From Schizochytrium sp. TIO01 (Eukaryota; Protista; Bigyra: Labyrinthulomycetes): DNA of 64,000 nucleotides. The stretch is taken from the NCBI GenBank assembly GCA_004764695.1, contig SMSO01000037.1, forward strand, positions 4,502,747 to 4,566,746, in the 5' to 3' direction. The position numbers were made by a program, and so were the translations under genes. Positions 54,601 through 64,000 of this stretch are shown piece by piece (position 1 is the stretch's first letter; every line of letters begins with the position of its first letter). Below the pieces are notes generated by a model that was not told the origin of the DNA, searched no databases, and was given only the letters and a program-made list of their open reading frames with translations.

Positions 54601-57600
54601 TGGATGCTACCGATGCAAAGAAAGGACAGAGCCTGCAAAGATTGAGCTGCTTTTGTTCCTTTTCTTTTCTCTTCTTTTCTTTTCTTTTTCCTTTCTTTCG
54701 TCATTTTCAAAAGCTAAAATAAACTTGAAAACAAAGTTTGTACTTTTAATCCTTTTTTTCTTCTTTTTTTAGCCAAACTATATTTTTTTAGTCTTCAAAA
54801 ACTTTGAAATATGTCTTTTTTTTTAAATGGAGTTTTGAATGAAAATGAAATAGTCTTTCATCGTGTGGTTTTGATTTATTTCTAAAGATAAACCATAATG
54901 TCATGCGAGAGTTCTTCTTTCGGTCCAGACTTCAACAACGGAGAGTCAACATGCCTGCATGATAAACCAATATGCAGTTGCCGATCTAAGCGTTTTCTGC
55001 TCCGCCACCGCAGCTTTGACACGTTCCACATACTGAGCCACATTTACTTTCCAAGCTACCCGTTCTCGATCTCGGGGCGGTTCTTCGCTCAGGTTTGACG
55101 TGCAGTTAGTTCTTTGTCTCGTTCTCGCCTGGTCTCTCCTCGGCCTGTAGCTACCTGTATGTATAGTACCTGCCTAGCTACTACAACTGGCTAGCATTTG
55201 CGACGTTCTTTTCTTTTCTTTTTCTTTTCTTTCTTTTCAAAAGACAAAGGCGGAAGAAATGATTTCAAATCGAAGACAATTGTATCTTCTGCCAGAATCC
55301 GCTTTTCTTTGGGCGTCTCCGCCCTCAGCACTGCAGCCAAGCCGCCCGTAAGCGCGCTGCTTTGCCTCAGAGGCCTTCGCAGAGTCTAAGGTTCCGCTCA
55401 GATCCTCAGCTCCTTCTTGAACTCGAATGCCGAGTTCCTCGCCGCTCCTTTTCGATCGTGGAGCAGGCACCTCGGATGACGGCGGTGCTTCCGGGCCTTC
55501 CTGACAAACTCCGTTCTGTTCTCCTGCGTGAACCTAACGTCTCCTAGCACTCTGGCCCTCCAGCGGAAGAACACCTCTGTAATCAGCTTGCTGTATGTGA
55601 GTCTATGTGTGTGTCCAAATGCAACTGATACAAGTTTTACATGCCTTCGAGGCCCGTCATTGGCGAATATAGGCATTCATTCATTCATTCATTCATTCAT
55701 TCTTTCATTCATTCGAACCACCTTTTCCTTTCTTTTTTCTTTAATATTCTTTTTCTTTCTGGCTAGGCGGTTACCTATGCGCTCGCCTAGCACTAACAAC
55801 TGAACGAAAAATTGAAAAGTAAAAGCAAAAATAACGAAAAGCCTGAAGTTGAAGACAGGCCTTCGCACAGCGCAGTGGAGATTTCGTGCCCGCCGTAGCT
55901 TTTGCCTGCACTGCACCAGCGCAAAGGCCAAAATATGACCCCGCGGACGTATATAGGTATCCACGCAGCACCCGCCCAAGGGACGCTGCCTCCATGACGA
56001 GCTTATCTCGCCAACTTTGTGAGCAGCATCGCCGGCAAGCCCCCGGTCGGCACTTGTTCTGCACGCCGCGGCAAGTTCCCCCTGTTCCCGGGCGCTCTCA
56101 GAAACGTTGGTCGGGACGAGAAGGACTTTGAAGGATTATTGGGTCCGGGTTCCTTGCAGCGGCTGGGGGCCAGCCTACAGTGAGAGGCGCGGATCTTGGT
56201 TTGAGGGGCTTGAAGAGGAAGTCTCTGATGTGGATGCGCCATGTGTCCGCCCTGAGCTGGGGAGGAACACGAGACTAGCGCGGCTCTGGCAGTACCGTGG
56301 AACTTCATCCCAAAGACAGCCAGCCGGTGTGCGGGTTCCCTTTGTTTTTTAATTGTAAATATTTCAAAACGTTTTATTGTGCTGCTCTGCTGTTGAGGTA
56401 TTGGGTACCTATTATTTGTTGTTTTGCTCTTCGTTATGCTGTCGCTACTATCTATCTACCTGCAGATGTGGATGATGAAAATAATGATGATGATGATGAT
56501 TCTCGAAGAGAAAGAATGGAAAGAATGCTGTCGCTGATAACCATCCTGCCTGGTTCAACATCCACTACACATAGACACATAGGTCAACAGAAGCCCACTC
56601 GAATGATGCCCAAGCCGAGGGCAAAGTGGGTGGGTGAACAGGGCGATGGGACGAGAGAAAGCACCACTGTCGAGGAGTGCCCCGAGTTTCGCGCTGCGCG
56701 GAGTCTCTTGAACTTCTGTGGCGCTGGTCTGCGTCCTAATTACGGTTCTTGTTTCTGCCACCTTTCATTCTAATTCCCCCCTTTGCCGTGGCTTTCTGAA
56801 TAGGAATCAGCTAGCCGCTTGCTACGAGTAGGCGATTGATTCTTCAAGCTCTAAAGAAAGGTAGGAGTTAGATAGCATAAAGCTACTAGCTAGGTACCTA
56901 CCACCTGTTATCTGGAGTCAGTGGGAGTAACAAACACGCGAAGAGAAAGGGAACAAAAAGCATCAAGAGGGAAAAAAGACTCAAGGCGGTTTTTCGCCTT
57001 ATTTTGCAGTAAAAGCTTTTTTTTAAATATTTTTTTTAAAAGAAAATAAAAAACTAAAGTCAAAGAATAATCATAAGAAGAAATCAGGTTTTTAGCTTGG
57101 AATAGCTTGAGAGATTGAGAGCTTGTTCATACCCAGAGACTCTGCCGCGCGATGATTGTCTGCAGAGAGGCACTTCGCCACCGCAAAAGCATACTCAGAT
57201 CTGTGATTTGGACGGCCTTCGAGAAGGATATGACGAATGGGCGTGTCTTGAAGATCTATGGTCTCCGAGAGCAAACCCTGAACGAGAAAACAGCAATTAG
57301 AAGAAAAAATGGAGGAAAAAAGAAAAGGAGGAGAATGGGAAAGACAACCATGAAAGGGAAAACGATCTTCATTTCATTTTCATTTTCATATTTTACTTTA
57401 AAATATGAAAAAGGAAAACAGACGAAAAAGAAAAGAGGAGAAGAGGCTACTTTACATGGGAAAAGAAAGACACTCTCTTTTACCCATTCTTCCTACTCTC
57501 TCATATATACATTCCTGATCTAAGAATTCGTCTGTCCCCTCTTTCGCGCCCCCATCGTAACGAAGTGACGACCAAATACACCGGGTTCTGTGGCAACTGC

Positions 57601-58444
57601 ACCTAATATATATATTGCAGCTGGCCTATTGCGCAGATACGGGACCCTCCCGCGATCGCAGCGTTCGTGAACGTTCTTCACCAAGGGCGGAAGGGGAGAA
57701 AAGAAAAGAAGAAAAGGCGGCGGTTTGGTAGGTAGATTGGGAGGTAGGTAGGTAATACAAAAACTGGTGACCCCTATCTGCACATAGCGCTATGGTAGGC
57801 AGAGGTATCCAAGCATCCTCTTCGTTTCGAATTACGATCGTGGTCTTTGTTTGTTTGTTTGTTTGTAATGATTCCCATCACTTGCACGAACTGAGGGAGT
57901 GAATATACATACACATGTACCTCGAATGCTATGATTCGCTGGAGGTACGCACCTATAATTCGACATTTCGAATCGTCGCGAGTGGAGCGAACAGTGTCGT
58001 CGCAGTGGCGAACAGACTTGCGCTAGTTTCGCCTCGCTCGCCGGCTTTGGCCCAGGAAAGAACGATTCTTCTGTAGCACTTCAGCCCACTGGACTATTTT
58101 AAAGGGATCGGGCTGACGCCATGGCGCAAGCGAACAGAACTGGTAGTATTTAAATAGGGAATCTATAGTATATCTGAAAGCTGAGTTCATAGCGCCCAAT
58201 TGCCTTCACTCAGGCAGCGGCGGTTCTTCCTGCTGTCTTTTCTTTTATGCGCTTTTGGCTTTTCTTTTCTTTTCTTTCTTTCTTTCTTTCTTTCTTCTTT
58301 CTTTTTTTTGCTTCTTTGCTTTTAAAATATATATATAGTTATTTATTTTAATGTTTTTTTTATTAACATACTTATTTATTAAGAAGAAAAAAGGTTTTCA
58401 ACAGAAGGTTTTAGTTTTCTTCCCTTCTTTTCTTTTCTTTCCTG

Positions 58445-58506
58445 TTGGCTTTTCTTTTCTTTTGGCTTTTCTTTTGGCTTTTCTTTTGGCTTTTCTTTTG
58501 GCTTTC
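58445..58506. repeat. 12-bp tandem repeat (TTTTGGCTTTTC)n
   Basis: Read directly. Confidence 0.9.
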
Positions 58507-60420
58507 TTTTTGTTTTCTTTCGTTTCCTAGCTTCAACCCGTCTTTGAGGGATCGCAGAACCGGCACGAATGAAGATCACTCGAGATCGCCGTCGCAGCGG
58601 TTCTCCAGGTTCTGGCGCAGGTTGTTCACAGGGAGGGTCTCGGGCGGGAAGAAGGAAGCGGCAGCTTTGGGTGGTGGCGGCAGCGCCGCTGGCGTCGAGA
58701 ACCGCTTCGCGTCGGTTCTCTTGCACCGAACTGGATACGTGAGCTTGGCCGGAGCGCATCTGCTCCCCGCGCTTCGAAGAGCTGCTTCAAAGAGCTGCTC
58801 CTCGTCTCCAAGGAGGCCGCCTGGACCCCTGAGCAGGAGAGCGAGCGAGCGTCTTTTGAAGGCGAGGAGAAGTCTAAGTCCATTTCTTCGAGGTCCCTGT
58901 GCGAACGGCGCAAAGCAAAAGCACGCACGGGCTTTTGGCAGAGATGGCGGAAGCCACCATCGTCCCAGTGGAGTGAACTCCTCGATATCTACTCGTGAGC
59001 CAGGTTACCGCTGTCGGCGGGTGATGAGCAGCCGTGCCGATGCCTCGAACCCTCGCCATCTCGAAGCTGACTGGCTTGGTCGTGGTCCAACATGGTCGAT
59101 CTCAAGAGATTCCATGAGACAGAGAAGAAAGTGAAGCGGCGAAGGCGGCCTATCCGTTCCTTTGTCTGCCTCATCGCCTCATCTCATGTGCTCACTAAAG
59201 CTGGCCGCAAAAGAGAGGCTGGCTGGAGTGGAGTTCACAGGGAGAAGGAGGCCCGCTCTGGCTGGCAGACTTGTGTCGCTCGAGGCGGAATAGTCTTCAG
59301 GTAGCTAGATACGTTCGTACGTGGAGGCCTCGAAGAAGGCGGCCAACTTGAAGTCGAACTTAACACAAGCGGAGGACTATTTCTGTTCCCATTCTCGCCA
59401 CTTTTCTTAAGCCTTTCTTTGACTCACTGTGTCTCTAGAGTCGTTCTGACTCACTGAGCTACAACGGGCAGACAATGAAGGATGCGCTGCAGAGCAACCC
59501 AAAAGCACGTCAGAGCTGTCGATGAGCTCGGTGATGACTCGAAAGGACCGTCATCCGAATCGCCAAATTGAGCCATCTGCATTCACTCAGGCATTCATTT
59601 TGTTGCCATCGCAGAGCACATGAATTGTGCCAACTCGAGCAATATGTCGTCCCGGAAAGCTCCCGCCGGATGGTCCTTTGATACATTAAGTCCAATTGCA
59701 AGAACGAACCCTGATTGATTGAATAGTTACAATCAATCAATGAGCCGTTCTCAGATTGAGATTGTTGAGCTTACATTTATAAATTAATTTCCTTGCCAGT
59801 AACTTTGAGTGCAAGAGCTACTACTCTTAATTTTATTATATTCATTGTTATTAATATTTTAAAAAAAAAAATCCAAGTTTTTTTAGAATTATGATGAATT
59901 CTTTCTATTTCTTCTTTTTTGCTTTTGGCTTGAATGAATTGGTGAACGAATGACTGATGGTGAAAGAGAGGACAAATACGTACGCCCAAGAGGGACTTCA
60001 GAGGCCCGTCGAGTAGGAGGATGCAATGATTAGTTGATTGGTGGATTGATTGATTAATTAATTGGTCAATCATCAGTCGGTTCGAAGGTTTGAAGGTTCA
60101 GGCATGGGAGGCGGCGCCCTGAAGAAGCAGGCGTGGCCCAAAGGTCGATCGAGCGGGCGCTTGTAAAGAGGGTTTTCGCAAAGGCACAAGTACACATTTG
60201 CCCAAACAAAAGAGAAGAATCATCGACGACGACACCGCCGCGCACTTTTTTTCTTTTAATTTACGCTTTATAACATATTTGTGTAGTACCTAGGTGGTTT
60301 TATTTTTTAATGCCTAAATAAATAATTTTAAGAGAAAAAAATCCTTATGACATTAGTTTTCAAATTAATGATGTACCTACTCTATTACCTGCTATCATGA
60401 TATATGGTGTGCGGTTCCGA

Positions 60421-60553
<133 letters not shown>

Positions 60554-61302
60554 CAAGGAAGAAGGACATAGAGAATGGAATGAAAAGGAGGCAATCGAGA
60601 GGTCAAAGCTGGCCAAACAACGTAACGCGAGCAGAACTTGCTTTCTCTCATGCTTTTTCGACGGTCTCGTGGCGGAAGATCTGTCTCATGACGGAGTGAG
60701 TAATCGAGTTTTGTCGCTCCTGTTCGTTTTTGCCTTCAAGGTCGATTCCCTCGTTCCAGAACTTTTCAACTTATTCTATTTGATGATGATGACTGCTTTA
60801 ATTTCGCAGAATTAATACTTTAGACCAAAAGTAAACATCTCTTTATTATTATTATTATTATTATTGTTGTTGTTGTTGTTATTATTTTAATAATAAAAGA
60901 GAATCGATTTGAAATTTGAATTTTTGAAGACCAACATTTCACTTTTTGAATTACTTCAGCATATCCGCATAAGCGCATGTTGGGAGCAGTGAAGAACCGC
61001 GGCGGTGTAGTCAACATACACGCAGAACTTGAGGTTGAACTGGAGCAGGACGCGACAAAGAAGAAGACGGCGACGGCGACGGCGACGGCGACAGCAGCAG
61101 CAGTAGCAGCAGCAGGAGTCGCAGCGCTGCTGGCGGGAGAGACGCGAGGAGCGGCGCCTGGACTGGCGCGCCTGCTTGGATCGAGGCCGGCTGTTGGTTC
61201 CTGCCCTCCTTCCTTCCTTCGTTCCTCCGTTCGTTCTGGCCCTGCCTGCCAAACAGACGGAGGAGCCCTTCACAGCAGAAGACAGTGTGTCAGTCAGTCA
61301 GT

Positions 61303-61335
61303 GAGTGAGTGAGTGAGTGAGTGAGTGAGTGAGTG
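61303..61335. repeat. (GAGT)n microsatellite
   Basis: Read directly. Confidence 0.9.
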
Positions 61336-61431
61336 TCAGTCCACTGCGGTGCCGCCGCTCACCGTTCCTGCCTGCTCGCTGCGAGGAGGCTTCCGTGGAA
61401 ACGCACCGGCGGAGCGCTCGCTTTGGAGGTC

Positions 61432-61569
61432 TTCGAATTCAAGGAATTTCAAATTCAAGGGATTTCAAATTCTAGGAATTTCAAATTCGAGGGAATTCAA
61501 ATTCGAGGGAATTCAAATTCAAGGGAATTCAAATTCAAGCGAATTCGAATTCAAATTCAAATTCAAGGG
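61432..61569. repeat. 16-bp tandem minisatellite TTCAAATTC(A/G)AGGGAA, 7 full units plus partial
   Basis: Units start at 61432, 61448, 61464, 61480, 61496, 61512, 61528. Confidence 0.92.
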
Positions 61570-62257
61570 CTGAAGAGCGGCAACAGACAGACAAAGCCGC
61601 GCGACGGCGACGAGCAGAGCGGCGAAGGAGAGGAGACCAGGCAGCGCAGGCGAGCAGGCGGAGAGCGGCAGAGCTAGCTAGCTAGCCTACTAGCCAGCCA
61701 GCCAGCCAGCCAGCCAGCCAGACAGACACAGAGAGAGAGAGACACTCGAACTTCCTCGTGCGTGCAGCGGCGTCGCGCCGGTTCTACTTTGGGGCGAGCA
61801 GAGAGGGCCTCCGCAGCAGACGCGGAGCAAGCAGCGCAGGAGCAGGCGAGGTCTTTGCGAACAGAAAGGAGGAGGGAGGGTTGGGAACGAAGGAGCTGCT
61901 GCGAAAAAGCAAGGCGCAGCGCGAGAAGCAAGAAAGCCCAGGGATCTGGCTGGCGAGGGAGAGCGAGAGAATGAGAGAGAGAGAGAGAGAGGCGCGGATC
62001 CTGGCTTGCCAAATGACATTACATAGCGTGGCTAGAGAGGCAGGTAGAAAGGTAGATAGGAGAGAAGGAGGGGAAAAGTTTGGGGCTTTTCCGTGCAGTC
62101 AATTTCTTTCTCTTTTCTTTTCTTTTCTTCTTTTCTTCTTTTTTTCTTTTCTTTTCTTTTGCTTGTTTTTAAAATGCCCTGAAGCATATCCATTTCAAGG
62201 GTAATTAGTATCTACAGACAAGGAGAAGGAATAAAGTTGAACAGAGAGAGAATAGAG

Positions 62258-62400
62258 GAAGAAAAGAAAAGAAAAATAAAGAAAAGAAAAATAAAGAAAA
62301 AAGAAAAATAAAGAAAAGAAAAATAAAGAAAAGAAAAATAAAGAAAAGAAAAATAAAGAAAAGAAAAAAAGAAAAGGGAAAGATAAAGAAAAAAGAAAAA
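62258..62400. repeat. A-rich 15-bp repeat (AAAGAAAAGAAAAAT)n
   Basis: Read directly, just upstream of the last gene. Confidence 0.85.
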
Positions 62401-62557
62401 TAACAATCAGCAAACCCGCATTGAGCGGAACGTAGGACAAGCGAGAATAGAGAAAAGAAAAGGCAAGGAGAAAAACAAGACGAGGAAAGCAAAAGCCCAG
62501 CGAGAGCAAATCCCAAACTTAGATCAAGATCACAGCTCAAAAAAGCGCAAATCAATC

Positions 62558-63901
62558 ATGACAGCCGCTGGAGCTGGCGCAGCCATGCCCATGGCCATGG
62601 AGATGCCGAATGCAGGCATGAAGGCGTGGTTCGAGGACGCCAACTTTGAGGAGCGCTACCAGCGCAACAACAAGCGCGGTGGCCTTAAGAACCTCCGCTG
62701 CTTTCCAACTTGCTCTGTGCAGCACAAAGAACGTGGGTTCTGCGGTCGATCCGTTGTGGTCAACGTGCAGGGCGAGCTCTTGCGCAACTCTGAGGACAGC
62801 GAGATTGTGGCCATCGCAGAATTCGTACCTGCAGACCTCGCAGTACCGACCTTCAAGCCCGGTAACAGCTACGAAGAAGACGACATCGAAAAACGCGTAC
62901 GGACGAGCGACTCTCCCTTAAAACCGCTGATGCGAGCAGTCATGGTCCGTAAAGACGCTGAGGACGCCAAACAGGTTTTTGAATTCAATAGACGCCGCAA
63001 GGGATGGCACTACGGATGGGCTGCCAACAAGCACTCGTGCAACACCCTGCACTGCCTTCGCGTATACATTTTGAGCCGTCAAGCTGACGGAAAACTGATG
63101 TGCCTCTCTACATTTGCCTCTAGCGCCTTCGTTCTCTACTGCCGCCGCAGGCGCCGGTTCGTCAAGGAGATCCCAGGGTCCGCACAAGCAGTGTTGTCCT
63201 CCTCGGCCGCAGCTGCTGCTGAGAGGAAGAAGAACCGCAAGAGAGCTCTCCAGGAAATTGACTCCTCTTCCGACGACCAAGACCTCAGCGACTCTGCCAG
63301 CGAGGCCACGAGATCGCCAAAGGTCGCACGGACCACAAGCGATAGTGAAAGCGAAGCCACAGTTGTCCTTGGAGGCCGCACAACCCCGATTCGATCTTGC
63401 TGCGAAACGCCTACCGGAAGCACCAAGGCCAACTGGAGTTTCCAGCTCGAGGCCCCGGATACCCCTTCATCTACTACTTCAAGCATCTCGAGCACATCGA
63501 GCACATCGACCCAGCAACAACCTTCGCCCCTCGACCTTGCACATTTCTTGGTCAGCCTTTCAAAATCCAAGAATGCTTCTCAAAATGCAAAGTCTCTGCT
63601 GCCTCAGGTGCAGCAACAGGTGCTGCACAAGGTCGAGCCGCTTCCGATGCCGCTCGCCTCGCTTCGCCTCCCACCGTTGAGCTCTTTCGACGTGTTTAAG
63701 CGTGAGCTCAGTTCCACTTCAAACTTTATGTTTTCTCCGTCTCAGGCATCTGCCTCTGTCATGGCTGGCGCCGATACAAGTGCCAATGTCAAGCCTGCAT
63801 TTGACACCACGCACCGCCGCTTGTCTGCTTTTGACGATATTTTGCAACGGTCTCTCGGCATGTCGAGTGCTCTTGTTGCCCAACTTGCGAAATCCGTCTA
63901 A
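62558..63901 (+). CDS. Putative transcription factor with uncharacterized Cys/His beta-rich N-terminal domain
   Basis: Globular domain Y.RNNK.GGLKNLRCFP.C...H.....CG ... WHYGW..NKH....H.L.V ... S.AF..Y.RRRRR, then NLS (RKKNRKR), Ser/Thr/Gln low-complexity region and short LAHFLVSLS / LRLPPL motifs. Coding status is clear; function is inferred. Confidence 0.7.
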   Translation: MTAAGAGAAMPMAMEMPNAGMKAWFEDANFEERYQRNNKRGGLKNLRCFPTCSVQHKERGFCGRSVVVNVQGELLRNSEDSEIVAIAEFVPADLAVPTFKPGNSYEEDDIEKRVRTSDSPLKPLMRAVMVRKDAEDAKQVFEFNRRRKGWHYGWAANKHSCNTLHCLRVYILSRQADGKLMCLSTFASSAFVLYCRRRRRFVKEIPGSAQAVLSSSAAAAAERKKNRKRALQEIDSSSDDQDLSDSASEATRSPKVARTTSDSESEATVVLGGRTTPIRSCCETPTGSTKANWSFQLEAPDTPSSTTSSISSTSSTSTQQQPSPLDLAHFLVSLSKSKNASQNAKSLLPQVQQQVLHKVEPLPMPLASLRLPPLSSFDVFKRELSSTSNFMFSPSQASASVMAGADTSANVKPAFDTTHRRLSAFDDILQRSLGMSSALVAQLAKSV

Positions 63902-64000
63902 GGTGCTACAGACCAACCAACCGTCTGTCCCTGTTGTAACTCCCTTTTTCCTAGCCGAGCCCGCCTGCTGATCTTGTGTGAATGACCATTTGGCTTCTCC

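Noticed and set aside
58445-59134. 229-aa ORF in the gene desert
   Set aside because: Starts in a 12-bp repeat without ATG; Arg/Ser/Gly-rich composition typical of non-coding GC-rich DNA.

Overview
Eukaryotic nuclear DNA with mostly intronless genes, probably from a thraustochytrid/labyrinthulomycete stramenopile. That assignment is inferred from gene style, gene content and microsatellite-rich intergenic DNA. The window opens with five identical tRNA-Thr(AGT) genes sharing a conserved 5' leader. About 17 protein genes follow: GT92-like glycosyltransferase, MCCC1, a 3-exon di-SUMO-like gene missed by the ORF track, a CMD/AhpD protein, CNNM, a small secreted Cys-rich protein, NUDT1, a Crinkler-type NTPase+REase next to two broken ORFs, VWA8, FSIP1-like, a large ARM protein with an AP2-like insert, two tandem peroxisomal thioesterases, a TBC-like protein, an unknown 721-aa protein, an alpha/beta-hydrolase and a putative transcription factor. 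Best candidates for new biology: (1) the last gene, a putative Zn-binding beta-rich transcription factor, preceded by ~10 kb of non-coding DNA carrying 12 copies of AGAACCG/CGGTTCT and a 16-bp TTCAAA tandem array; (2) a tandem SUMO-like protein that keeps a cleavable C-terminal GG. All calls come from reading motifs by eye; no searches were run.
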